Assembly (NCBI RefSeq): GCF_018977255.1
Contig: NW_024704742.1
Location: 85,438,001 to 85,498,000 of the forward strand
From: Callorhinchus milii
Lineage: Eukaryota
Direction: 5' to 3'
DNA: 60,000 nucleotides
In this document: positions 40,046-52,946 of the stretch, piece after piece
Position numbering within the stretch: the first letter of the stretch is position 1
Layout: each line of letters starts with the position of its first letter
Notes under the pieces: model-generated
Told to the model about the DNA's origin: nothing
The model's input: only the letters and a program-made list of their open reading frames with translations
Databases searched by the model: none
Translations under genes and position numbers: made by a program

Positions 40046-40205
40046 CAGTCAGTGTGTGTGGTTGCGGTGTCGGTAATGGCCGCTGTGAGGGTCGGTGTCC
40101 GAGGCCCCGGTCACGAGGTTTATTACTGCTCACACTCTCCACCACAGCCTCCGCACATGCGCAGTCAGTGGATGACGAAGCGGTGACTGTGTCCGCGGCC
40201 TCAGG
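40045..40205 (-). promoter_or_regulatory. ACO1: Probable ACO1 core promoter / non-coding exon 1
   Basis: Short unique CpG-rich segment upstream of exon 2; NRF1-like TGCGCATGTGCG on - (40152-40163); candidate donors gtgagc (~40128-40133) and gtgagt (40041-40046). Exact TSS not determinable. Confidence 0.55.
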
Positions 40206-42015
40206 ACACGCCCCCTTGTCAATCAACCAGAGGCCGTGGGGTGGACTCGCCCCCTTGTCAATCAACCAGAGGCCTGGGGTGGACACGCCCTCTTGTCAAT
40301 CAACCAGAGGCCTGGGGTGGACTCGCCCCCTTGTCAATCAACCAGAGCCTGGGGTGGACACGCCCCTCTTGTCAATCAACCAGAGCCTGGGTGGACTCGC
40401 CCCTTGTCAATCAACCAGAGGCCTGGGTGGACACGCCCTCTTGTCAATCAACCAGAGGCCTGGGGTGGACACGCCCTCTTGTCAATCAACCAGAGGCCTG
40501 GGGTGGACTCGCCCCCTTGTCAATCAACCAGAGGCCTGGGGTGGACACGCCCTCTTGTCAATCAACCAGAGGCCGTGGGTGGACACGCCCCCTTGTCAAT
40601 CAACCAGAGGCCTGGGGTGGACGCGCCCTCTTGTCAATCAACCAGAGGCCTGGGGTGGACACGCCCTCTTGTCAATCAACCAGAGGCCTGGGGTGGACAC
40701 GCCTTCTTGTCAATCAACCAGAGACCTGGGGTGAACACGCCCTCTTGTCAATCAACCAGAGGCCTGGGGTGGACACGCCTTCTTGTCAATCAACCAGAGA
40801 CCTGGGGTGGACACGCCCTCTTGTCAATCAACCAGAGGCCTGGGGTGGACACGCCCTCTTGTCAATCAACCAGAGGCCTGGGTGGACACGCCCTCTTGTC
40901 AATCAACCAGAGGCCTGGGGTGGACACGCCCTCTTGTCAATCAACCAGAGGCCTGGGGTGGACACGCCCTCTTGTCAATCAACCAGAGGCCTGGGGTGGA
41001 CACGCCCTCTTATCAATCAACCAGAGGCCTGGGGTGGACACGCCCTCTTGTCAATCAACCAGAGGCCTGGGGTGGACACGCCCTCTTGTCAATCAACCAG
41101 AGGCCTGGGGTGGACACGCCCTGTTGTCAATCAACCAGAGGCCTGGGGTGGACACGCCCTCTTATCAATTAACCAGAGGCCTGGGGTGGACACGCCCTCT
41201 TGTCAATCAACCAGAGGCCTGGGGTGGACACGCCCTCTTGTCAATCAACCAGAGGCCTGGGTGGACACGCCCTCTTGTCAATCAACCAGAGGCCTGGGGT
41301 GGACACGCCCTCTTGTCAATCAACCAGAGGCCTGGGGTGGACACGCCCTCTTGTCAATCAACCAGAGGCCTGGGGTGGACACGCCCTCTTGTCAATCAAC
41401 CAGAGGCCTGGGGTGGACACGCCCTCTTGTCAATCAACCAGAGGCCTGGGGTGGACACGCCCTCTTGTCAATCAACCAGAGGCCTGGGGTGGACACGCCC
41501 TCTTGTCAATCAACCAGAGGCCTGGGGTGGACACGCCCTCTTGTCAATCAACCAGAGGCCTGGGGTGGACACGCCCTCTTGTCAATCAACCAGAGGCCTG
41601 GGGTGGACACGCCCTCTTGTCAATCAACCAGAGGCCTGGGGTGGACACGCCCTCTTGTCAATCAACCAGAGGCCTGGGGTGGACACGCCCTCTTGTCAAT
41701 CAACCAGAGGCCTGGGGTGGACACGCCCTCTTGTCAATCAACCAGAGGCCTGGGGTGGACACGCCCTCTTGTCAATCAACCAGAGGCCTGGGGTGGACAC
41801 GCCCTCTTGTCAATCAACCAGAGGCCTGGGGTGGACACGCCCTCTTGTCAATCAACCAGAGGCCTGGGGTGGACACGCCCTCTTGTCAATCAACCAGAGG
41901 CCTGGGGTGGACACGCCCTCTTGTCAATCAACCAGAGGCCTGGGGTGGACACGCCTTCTTGTCAATCAACCAGAGGCCTGGGGTGGACACGCCCTCTTGT
42001 CAATCAACCAGAGGC
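40205..42015. repeat. 38-bp minisatellite (CCTGGGGTGGACACGCCCTCTTGTCAATCAACCAGAGG)n, about 47 copies
   Basis: Period 38 (units start at 41521 and 41559); nearly invariant, no spacers. Confidence 0.97.
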
Positions 42016-42784
42016 TGGCTCAGGCTGGCAGTGGTGACACCACACCAGGGCAATCCCACCACCACCACCTGGTGTTGTCGCTAGGATTGGAAATTTGTTT
42101 GGGCACTGACACCCCAAATGGAGTCATTCGCTCTACGGCTGTTTGTGGGACATTGCTGTGCACAATTGGCTGTCGTGTTTCACCCACATAATCCACAGTC
42201 AGGCCACTTCACAATACATCCTATGGAGCTCTTTGAGCCGTTGGAACAACACTGTAACGCGCTATACCAAATGCAAGGATTATTATTGTCTTATTATTGT
42301 GGTGGACACTCAATGACCAAATTTCCATTCCGAGCTGTTTCATCCCTTCTGCTCCACCCCTCTTCCCTTCGCCCTCCACACTACCTTGCTCGGAGAATGA
42401 CAGGAAGAGAGGCGGAGCGGGAGGTCTGAGGCAGCGCGGAGAAAAATGGGTGGGCCCGGGTGCCAATTGGGCACTGCCACTCTCCTCCTGTACACTGCCA
42501 CCACCCTCAAGACCACAGAGCATCGAGAGCCCCACAAGTGTACGGTACTCACACACCAACATTTCCTCGTGTCTGCATTGGAATTTTTTTTCAGTCAACC
42601 GGGTGTCTGACACATAAATGCGGAGTCCCATCACCGTGCTTAACAGTATCCAAACCAAACCATTTACCATGAGTTCTGATCTCAACATCTCAATGAGACA
42701 GTATATTTGGAGTTTCAGGAGACAGAAAAGGGGAGAAAAAAAATTCTCACAATTAACATTCATTTCTCATAACTGACACCCATT

Positions 42785-43197
42785 GTCCATTAGTAGTATT
42801 CTTGGATCTGAATCAGAAGGTTGTGGGTTCAAACCCCACATCAGGACTTTGAACTCACAGTCTAGGGCAACACTCCAGTGCAGTGCTGGGTGTCCAATGG
42901 GTTTCCAGAAATAACGTCCTTCAGATGAGGCGTTAAACTAAGATCCGTTTTCCCAGTCACCTGAAAAGAGAAGGGAGTTTCTCTTGGTGTCCTGGTCCTG
43001 GTCAGCAGTCCTCCAGATAACTTGGTCATTCATTTTGTGGCTCTTTGTGAAATATTGCTGTGTGCAAATTAGCTGTTTATTAGCCTACAAGTACACAGTC
43101 ACTACATGTCATAGCAAAAATTTGAAGCGCTTTGAGACATCTCACTGAAATGATAAGGCGCTATATCAAATGCGAAGTTTATTATTTATTATTATCA
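42785..43197 (+). mobile_element. SINE family B
   Basis: tcagaaggttgtgggttcaaacccc head to gataaggcgctatatcaaatgc tail. Confidence 0.8.
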
Positions 43198-44428
43198 GTT
43201 GCATGCTTACCCTCTATTTGAATTTTCTGAATTCAAATTCCTTCTTAGTTTTGTCATCCGGTTCAATTTTAAAGGAGTTTATTGAGAGGATCAATAAGAG
43301 TCTAAGACCTTTTATAAGCATCTACTCTGCATGTCTACAATGTTGTGGGAGAAAATAAAGCTCTTATCTCCGGTCTTTGTTAATCTTACACTCATGTCCT
43401 CCGGTTCTTTGCTCGTAGTCCAAGTTAAATAACCAGTTAGTTTATCAATGTTTTGCATCATTCAGATAAGAACGGGTGGGAGTAAAATATTTAGGTCATT
43501 ATCTTCAAAATAAATGCAAACCACAGCATTGACTTCTTGTTGTCAGCCTTCATCTCCCCGCACCCCGCCCCCCCAACCCACACACACTTTAAGAAAGTTC
43601 ATGAAAGTCCAAGAATTTTTACCAAACCATTTCAAAATGGAGTCTGAGTCAAGTTCATGTGTAATGATAGGATCAGAACTCAGGGTGAATTGTTTTCAAA
43701 TTGTACTTGATCACAAGATTGGTCAAATGAAGAAAGCCTTTTGGTGCATCTGAACTCATCCTTCCAGAATACCACCCTACCGTACTTCCATCACCATATC
43801 AAACTGTTTATAAAAGAGTCCAGTGTCCTGGTCTCAACCACCCTTCCTGGTAACATGTTATAAGAATAACAATGGCAACAACAATTTGCATTTATATAAT
43901 ACCCATCACTCAGATTTGCATTCCAGTTGTTAAATCACCCTCTAAGTAAATAAATATTTCCTGCTGTCTGTCCTAAAATTGCACTTTGCAACTCTAAACC
44001 TATGCCTACTACTGCCTTGGTGCATCTGAAAGTATTGCCCTGGGTTTACTTTTTCAATCCTATTTTTAAAAAATTACACCTTTGTAAGGTTCAGCAGATT
44101 GGTTGCCGTATTCGCCTACAAATACACCATCACTACACTTCACAGTAACATCCTATGAAGCCCTTTGAGATGTCTTGATACCATGATAAGCTATGTCAAT
44201 TGCACACATTATTAATGTAGTCTTAACCTTCTCTCTACTGTTAACTCAGCTAAAAGTGGTCTTTGGATTTTGCTTGCAGCTGCCTATGTGTATTGCGATT
44301 ATACTTCCTCTAACAGGCTTCTTTATAGAAGAAAAACATGTCTAACAGATGCCTAATCTGTTCAGGGATTTTTGTCAAGTTTGGCAAGAGGAAACTGTAA
44401 CTTTAAATAAGGACGATTGTTTCAACTA

Positions 44429-44607
44429 CAGTAAACTCCTGATAACTCGAGCCTGGCTTAATCTGTCACCACCACATAAGTCATAGTGCTGTCAATATCC
44501 CTGTCACATTTATTTGTGTATTTATACATATGCCCAACTTGCCATTCCTGATAACTCGACACTGAGCCCTATCTCCCTTAGAGTGACGAGTTATCAGGAA
44601 TTTACCA
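44429..44607. mobile_element. Tigger/pogo-like MITE
   Basis: TA-CAGTAAACTCCTGATAACTCG ... CGAGTTATCAGGAATTTACCA-TA inverted ends. Confidence 0.75.
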
Positions 44608-45084
44608 TATATCTACAAAGGTTACCTTGATTCATTGCCCTTGGAAGATGGCCAGGAAACAATCACTGTACGTGCAGACTGGAAGCCATGGGATCTGAGA
44701 TTTCACAATGCGCAGACAAACATTGCAAGTTTCTTATCAACACTATTTATTTAAATTCTGCTTGTTTATGCCACAAAGCATTTTTTTATCTCAACAGTTG
44801 ATGTTGCACAGTTTGTAAAGTTATTCTGAAAATTTGACAGATATGATTGAAATTGAAATTGATGCTGAAAATTTAAAAGGTAAAGGGTGAGGGGCAAAAA
44901 TGCAATATTCATCACGGATAGCAACTTCTGCTGCTTCACGAAAACACTAATCAATAGAGTTACATAATAATAATAATAATAATCCTTGCATTTGATTATA
45001 ATCCACACATGTCCCCATTTCTCTATGCACGTCTCCTTTTTGCATGCATCACGTTCTGTAAAATGCGTTGATGTTTTACTGTTA

Positions 45085-45512
45085 TTTTCACCTGAGTCAG
45101 AAGATTGTGGGTTCAAGCCCCAGGTCAGGACTTGAAATCACATAGTCTAAGCTGATACTCCAATGCAGTGCTCGGGGTGTATTGCATTGTTGGAGATGCC
45201 ATTTTTCAGATGAGATGTTAAATCAAGATCCCGTTTGCCTGTTCAGATGGATGTTAAAGATCCCATGGCACTATTCGAAAAGAGAAGGGAGTTTCTCCCA
45301 CTGTCCTGGCCAAAAATCCCCTACATAAAATTGGTCACTCACTCCATAGCTGTTTGTGGGACATTGCGATGCATAGCTGGCTGCCGAGTTTCACCCACAA
45401 AATACATAGTCAATCCACTTTACAGTATATTCTGTGAAGCGTTTTGAGACATCTCAACGACATAAAAAGGCACGATATCAAATGCAAAGATTATAATTAT
45501 TAATATAATTAT
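45085..45512 (+). mobile_element. SINE family B, well preserved
   Basis: Head, body, core and (ATT)n tail present. Confidence 0.85.
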
Positions 45513-48047
45513 TAGCTGGCTCTGTTTGTACACTTTACTCCATTCAGATTAGAGTCACAAGATCAGTTCGGATGAAGCCCTCCACCCCCACCCTCCCCCC
45601 AGACCCATCAGATCCTATCCTACCTCACCATCTCCCTCCCCCCTCCAGCATAACACCAAGATGCCACCTAAAATATGATCCACTTCTGGGAAAGCTGGAA
45701 TGGAAATGGGTGTGGTGCACATCAGTTACAGGCAGGAATCATTATTTGAGATTTACTCTTGCAAGTATCGCATTTTCATCCGTATAGTTTTCACCAGAAT
45801 GTCATGGAAAAGGCAACATTCAGGAATTCTAGATAAGCAGTTCTATAAAATGACAGATTGACTTGCTTTCCACTCACATCTTTCCCAGTGTAAATAATAA
45901 TACTAATAAGCCTTATATTTGATCTAGCGCCTTATCACGGTATTGAGACATTTCAGGACACCTCACAGAATAAACTATAAAGTGGATTGACTTTGTACTT
46001 TGTGGGCGAAATTATACAATGTTCCTTCAAGCCAGTCTGGGTGTGTGCCTATTTCTCACTGGGTGTATGCCATTCACCCTTTGATGGTTGCTAGAAAGCC
46101 CGGATTATCATCCGATTCTGACATCCTCCTCCAGTTTTCCTGAATACTGGAAACACCAGAGCCTGTGCTCCCACAGATAAAACTGGGAACTGAACAGAGT
46201 GGGAATAGTCAGCCTATGTCCTCCAAGCCTGCAGCAACTGGATATCTGACACCACAATTGCAAGATGGTTATATGTTTTGGCACAAGGTCAAACAAAAAA
46301 CTTTGAAAATGTTGCCCATTTCCGACCACATCAGGATGGTTTTGCGTTAAGCACATGATGCGTTCATCTTAAGAGAATATATGACCATCCTTATTTTTTT
46401 AGAATCTTAGTTTCTTCCCCTCTTCCTCTCTTTTCGTTTTCCCTAACTGCCTGCATTATCCCCCAGGCAAGAGGGCAGAGCAGCAAAGTTCTACCAGGCA
46501 CCATCAATGGTGATTTTCAGCCAGTCACCAGGTGTGTAAAACATTAACTCTGCTACTTGATGTTCTCTTGGAGGGATTATTATCTCTAGAAAGTAATCTA
46601 CCAATCAACTAACAACTGGGTTCCTACTTACTTCTAGGTAAACAGAGGCATATGGATTAAGGAAATTTACCTAACATTTCACCCCGAATGGGAATAGAAC
46701 CTGGGTCCATCTATCACAACTCAGTTGGGTTCAGATTTATAGAAATCATTCTCAAGGTTTGCAATGCTGAAGGGTGCTATATAAGTGTAAGCATCATTTG
46801 CTTAACATAGGGGCGTGGTGGGAGCTGAAGAGAGTGTGGTGTGGAGGTTAGGGAGTAATGAATGAAAGTCAAAGAGTTAAGTCTTCAGGTGGATTTTGAA
46901 TGTGGGGAAGGAGGGAGCGAGTTGGAAGGACTAACAAGGAATAAAAGTTACCCAATTCAGAATTACATCAAGCTGACCCACGGGAACTCCTGATTTTGGA
47001 ATCAGCATTCGTAGTCTAAATGTAATGTTAGAAGTCAACATTTTAAACGTCAAGATATAAACTTTCTAGAAACTACTGTAACAACAGGAGCATTGTAATA
47101 TAAAGTGTCAATAGTTATAATAAACCTGAATATTGATAATAACGATCCTGCATTTGATATAAGGCCTTATTACGTCATTGAGATATCTCAATAACTTCAC
47201 ATGATTCTGCATTGTAGTGTGATTGTGTGTATTTTATGGGAGAATATTAATTAGAGATATTTAACAGAGAACTATTTAGTTACGTGTGTACAGTTTTATC
47301 TCTTGATTTCTTCCGAAGGGCAGTTAACAGCTAACAGACACAACACAGAGCCAAAGACAAAACAGACTAACTGCAGACTAACATGGTATGGGTCTTGACG
47401 AATCTGATTCTCTTTTTCAATGTCACTGTAGCCTCATATAATATATCTTTGCATTACATACAGCAGTTTTCACGTCTGGGGTGGGGAGGGAGGGTGGCTC
47501 AAAGCGCTTCATAGGATTTATTGCAAAGTGTAGTGACTGTGTATTTTGTAGACAAATATCATGTGTTTCAGATACACAAAACTAGATGTGAAGCCTAAAT
47601 CAACAGAGATCAAATTGTAGGGGGTTGGTTTGTCTGTTCGTCAATCCACCAGCATATGTGGCTGTGTCATCATTGTTTCCCCTTATATTGGCGTCTTGAC
47701 AACAGGATGGTAGGTGTGCGTCCACAGATGTAATACCCTTACTTGTACTGCTGATTGGTGCAGTAATTGGTGCAGACTGCCCACCCTGATGGATTTCCAT
47801 GGTGATAGCCTTTCATGTTGGAGAAACGTGGAGTTGAGCAATGCAAACTGACAGTGAGTCATCATCACGTTCTGAGTTTCCAACGGTCAATATTCTGAAG
47901 TCTACACAGTGTCTCCAATGGCACAAGGGATAACTTTAGATTCGATTCTGTTCAGGTAGGTTTATACAGTCAGCCAATGCAAATCCAGAACCATGGATTG
48001 AAGAGGCCAGGCAGAGTGTCTTCAAATTAGTACAGGATATACAAGAT

Positions 48048-48361
48048 GAGCCTCCCCGAGGCTCTGGAACTCCATCCCCCAGTGCCTTCGCCTTGCTTCC
48101 TCCCTTTCCTCCTTCAAGGCCGGTCTCAAAACCTTTCTCTTTGACCGTGCCTTCAGCTCCCCTCTCGACTCTCTTCCTCCTCCTCGCTCCCTCCTTCCTC
48201 CCTCACCCTGACCATTTCCCCCTCCTCTCTCCCTCCCTTTCCTCCCCTCACCCTGACCATTTCCCCCCTGCTCGGGTCATGACCCAACTGTGCAGCGCCT
48301 TGGGACGTCCTCCTGACGTGAAAGGCGCTCTATAAATGGAATCTTGTTGTTGTTGTTGTTG
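48048..48361 (+). mobile_element. L2 LINE 3' end (young copy)
   Basis: Close match to the reverse of 5455-5700; tail stem-loop plus (TTG)n. Confidence 0.85.
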
Positions 48362-49257
48362 AATGTACAGTATATACAGTGTGTAGCCTTTCAGGTAATT
48401 GCAGGTAAAAGACTGCAGCAGATTTAAAAAGAAATATCTTTTTCTGGAGACATTTTGAATGATTGCAATGTACCTAAAATAATCAATTCTAAAATACAAG
48501 ATCTGTAATAATGTGGTGTTAATTGCGGCTTCTGGTTTGTGACTAAAATTAGGGGATTTAGTGACAAACAAAAGCAAAAAAAACACTATAAAGAACACAC
48601 CTTAAATATCGATCAACTTGCATAGGGGATAGCAGACTGGCTGGGTGGGACACATTAGGTTTTTGGCAGACACTGCCCTGTATAAGTGCCATTCAAGGGC
48701 TGAGACTTAATGTAAGGACGCATGGCTGTCCCAGACTATAAGCAAGTAATCTTACCAACTCAGACTGCGATGTCTGGGCTTAGATTGGCTGAATGTGAAT
48801 GTGATACCATCAGATGAGCACAACATCCCACAACCTCCTCCTCTTCCCCTCCGAACAAACATTGTGGTGATTTTGCACCAGCCGGGCTGGACTACAGTCA
48901 AGGCAATGACTCTTTATTCGTATGGTCAGAACTTCATAGCAATCAACAAATTCCCTTCAGCTCTCCTACTCTCTGGGGGCCTGGGAATCTGTGGGCTACT
49001 TGTGTTCCTGAAACTCAGCTGTAAGCATAAGTGTAGCCATGGCCAGACAGTGAATGTCTTTTTCTAAAGGGTGACCCTCTCATTAAGAAGTATCTGTACC
49101 TTAGTAACCCATACAGACCATGCTGAATTGGCTATCTCAGCCAGAACAGGGCATTACAATTACCCTAGGAGCCCGCCGGGTTAAAGAAGGGAAAATCACA
49201 TTCCAAACTAGGTCAATGTAAACCCGCACACCCAAGCCATGCAGTATTCTTCGTATA

Positions 49258-49617
49258 ATAATAATAATAATAATCCTTGGATTTGATATAGCGTCTTGTC
49301 ACATTTTCGAGACATCTCAAAACGCTACACAGAATATACTGTAAAGCGAATTGACTATATTTTGTGGGCGAAACCGGCAGCCAATTGCGCACAGCAGTGT
49401 CCCACAGACAGTCGTGGATTGAGTGACCAAATTATTATTAATATTATTTTTTTGAAGGGATTATTACCCCCAGAAAAGCGATCGACTTTCTGCTAGTTAA
49501 ATATAGGCGTGTGGAGTAAGGAAACTTGCCCATTATTTCACCCTGCCCGGGAATCAAACCCAGGTCCTTTCACTTGCAAGGCAAGTGCTTTAACCACTAA
49601 GCTACAGGACTCCACAG
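49258..49617 (-). mobile_element. SINE family A, full length
   Basis: Reverse of the 251-610 element, with (ATT)n tail. Confidence 0.88.
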
Positions 49618-49892
49618 GACTGAACTAATCTAGCTCATGAACTATTCTATTCTGCACATTACAATTTCTCCACAATAGGAATTCCAAGAAAGGCCTGAAA
49701 TTCTGATTTTAATTAAATTAACATTTAGCAATTTTACAGGCCGGGCTTGAAGTGTCCAGGACACTCACTAAAGTAATTTTTTAGCCTGAGAGTGAAGTTG
49801 TTAGTTAGTTATTAGCCTTTTGTTGACCCTTAATCTATTTTAAGCTGTATTCAGGTAGCTTTTCCAGTTTCCTTCTACTCACTGAACTCACT

Positions 49893-50360
49893 GAAGAGGA
49901 AGGTAAGGGGTGACCTGATAGAGATCTTTAAAATAATAAAGGGTTTTTATAAGGTAGACATAGGGAAAATGTTTCCACTTGTGGGGGGACCAAAACCAGG
50001 GCCATCAATATGAAATAGGCACAACTAGATCAAATAGGGAAGTTAGAAGAAATTTCTTCACGCAGCTTCACACCAGCATCTTGGGACGTCCTCCCAATGT
50101 CAAAGGCGCTATACAAATGTAATCTTATTGTCGTTGTTGTTGTACTAGTGGGAATGTGGAACATGCTACCAGAAGGATTTGTTGAGGCAAATAGCATAGA
50201 TGTATTTAAGGGGAAGCTAGATAGGTACATAAGGGAGAAAGGAATAAAAGGTTATGCTTGAAGGTTTAGTTGAGGGAGAGCAGGAGGAGGCTCATGTGGA
50301 GCATAAACACTGGCATTGACCAGTTGAGCCGAATGGCCCATTTCTGTGCTGTATATTCTA
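49893..50360 (+). mobile_element. CR1 LINE 3' fragment interrupted by an L2 tail (about 50070-50143)
   Basis: RGDLIEIFKIIKG...KMFPLVGGTKTRA...RRNFFTQ, then an L2 tail, then WNMLPEGFVEANSIDVFKGKLDRY. Confidence 0.8.
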
Positions 50361-52068
50361 ATGTAAGTTGACAACAATTATCTGTGAAGACTTTTGAGAC
50401 ATTTTGACACCTGAAAATAAACTAAATGCTCATATTTGGTATAGCATCTTTTACATCGGGAGTATGTCTTAAAGTGCTTTGCAGAATATACAGTAAAGTG
50501 TAGTGACTGTGTGTTTTGTAGGCTAATTAGTCATTACTTTATAGTAGTTTAGAGGGTGACTCACATAAAGGGTAATAATAATAATAGTATCTTTGCATTT
50601 GATATAGCGCCTTATCACGTTGTTGAGACGTCCCAAAGCCCTTCACAGAATACACTACAAAGTGAATTGACCGCGTATTTCGTGAGTGAAACGTGGTAGC
50701 CAATTGTGCACAGTAGTGTGCCACAAACATTCGTGGATTGAGTGACCATTTTTTAAAAGTGATTATTACCCCCAGAAAAGTGATCCGCCAATCAACTAAC
50801 AACCGGGTTCCTACTTACTGCTAGGTATATATATGACTGTCCTTACTTTGTAGGCTATATATCATTAACTTCTCCAGACTTGGATTCTTTTTCAGAAGGT
50901 CTGCCCTGCTTGAAGACCAGCCAACTCCTGTGCAGAAATACGTTGACCTATGTCTTCAAACATTACAGTTTATTATCAGTAATGTCAAAAGAGTTAACAA
51001 AACAAAGTCTGCTGATTAATTCTATTTGCATTTGTCTACAAAATATCCTTTACTGCACAAGTTATATGCTGCAATTTTTTACGCAGGAGTGAATGCAGTG
51101 TTGCCAATTGCCTCTCAGTGAAAGTCACCAGATGAACCTTGAAAAGTCAAAAGATGCTGCAGAAAATCTAGAGGTCGCTAAACTCCAGTGAAACCTATGT
51201 TATCAGAGTGTGGCCAAATGGATGATTGTTTCCTATTTGTCATTAATAGAAATTGTGGTTGAATTAAAGTATTGTGGGTTTCATATGATTTTTAAAGAAT
51301 ATGAATATTAAATATTCACATTCTATTAAGTATGTGTTTAACAGATATAATAAAATATAATAAAAAATCCTGGTTTTGCAAGTTTGCAAAATAAATTCAT
51401 TGTATATTACTGTGAAAAGCATAACTTTTTGGGAACGTATGTACCCAAAAGTATATACCCATGTCAGTGCTGGACATCTGCCTTCAGCGCTGTGGTAAGA
51501 CTTTTATAAATCATTCAGTAATTACAGTGGGTCTTTCTGTCGTGCTCCGCCACTGTCAAGTGCTCTGGGATGCAACCCTGAGGGGCGCTTTATAATTGCA
51601 AATTGTTGTTGTTGTTGGGCAGCCTTCCTCTGAGCCTTGTTTCCCTAAAACGGATCATGGAGCTGGGATGCATATCTGGATAAAAAATAAACAAGCTTTG
51701 GCCATTGAATGTTCCTTGAGACTCAGTCACTGAGAGGCATCTCTCACAGACAGACCCTTGCTCTGGGATTCACAGTGAAGTTGTGGGGCCAGTTGATGGA
51801 CAGAGATATGGCCCAATGGGAGAGCAGAATTGTTTGATGGATGAGTGAATGATCCAATGGAAGTGCAGGATTGATTGATGGACAGATGGATGGACAAATG
51901 GGAGCTTGGGGTAGGTTGGTGGAAGGCGGATGATACAATGGGGGAGGGCAGGTTGATGGATTGCAAAAAGTCACCAGGATGTCACCAGATTTCATTAAAA
52001 GTCATAATTTGTTATTGTCAAAGCAAAGCTTATAAAACCTCCTACAGAACCACTAGATCTATAGATCG

Positions 52069-52390
52069 TGGAGTCCTGTGGCTCAGTGGTTAGAGCACTC
52101 GCTTTGCAAGTGAGAGACCTGAGTTCAATTCCAGGCAGAGAGCGAAACCTTGGGCAAGTTTCCTTACTCCACACAGAGCCTAATAATAATCCCTCCAAAA
52201 AAACAAAAATAATAATAAATTGGTCATTTTCAATCCACGACTGTTTGTGGGACATTGCTGTGTGCAATTAGCTGCCGCGTTCGCCCATAAATATACAGTC
52301 AATTCACTTTACAGTATATTCTGTGAAGCGTTTTGGGACGTCCTCCCGACGTGAAAAGCGCTATATCAAATGCAAGGATTATTTATTATA
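52069..52390 (+). mobile_element. SINE family A
   Basis: ggagtcctgtggctcagtggttagagcac...gagttcaattcc head; core; L2-like tail. Confidence 0.88.
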
Positions 52391-52529
52391 GCGCAATACC
52401 ATTACATAGCTAACATTGGCAGAGTACCACAAGAGCACTGGGTCTATAATGTGGTACTTACTGCCACCTAATGATCAAATGGGGAATGAATTTAATTTCC
52501 TTTCCTTGCTCTCCAAGGTACGGCTGTTT

Positions 52530-52946
52530 ATAATAATCTGTGTATATGATATAGCGCCTTTTAACGTGGTCTACACGTTTCAAAGCATTTTTAAGATATA
52601 CTGTAAAGTGATGTGGATGTGCGTATTTTGTGGATGAATGCTGCAGCCAGCTTACACACAACAGTGTTTCACAAACAGCCATGAAATGAGTGACAAATTT
52701 TATTGGGGGAATTGTTGGCCAGGACACCGAGATAAATTCCTTTCTCTTTTTAAATTGTATCATGGAACCTTTAACAACCACCTGAACAGGCAGGTGGGAC
52801 CTCAATTTAACATTTCTTCCACAGGATGCAACTCTTGACAATGCAGCACACCGCCAACACTGCTTTGGAGTGACTGCATAGACTAGATGGGTTCCAAATC
52901 CTGACATGGGGCTTGAACCCACGACATACTCAGAGGCGAAGGTGCT
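52530..52946 (-). mobile_element. SINE family B, full length
   Basis: Reverse head gtagcctggctcaattggtagcacc; body; tail. Confidence 0.85.

Noticed and set aside
38270..40060. Iron-responsive elements, since CAGTGA occurs in many repeat units of the IRP1 gene
   Set aside because: Flanks do not form the 5-bp upper stem with a bulged C that a canonical IRE needs
40205..42015. CRISPR-like array (repeat length in the CRISPR range)
   Set aside because: Units are head-to-tail with no unique spacers, there are no cas genes, and the context is vertebrate
40054..42191. Long ORFs (651, 598, 294, 226 aa) on +
   Set aside because: The 38-bp unit has no stop in any + frame, so all three frames give the same 38-aa repeat; no domain, splice or codon evidence
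51830..51965. GATG/TGGA-rich stretch (also a GATC-rich stretch at 54535-54590)
   Set aside because: Decayed simple repeats with no further structure
52069..52140. tRNA gene
   Set aside because: A and B boxes run straight into a SINE body and recur in many diverged copies, so these are SINE heads
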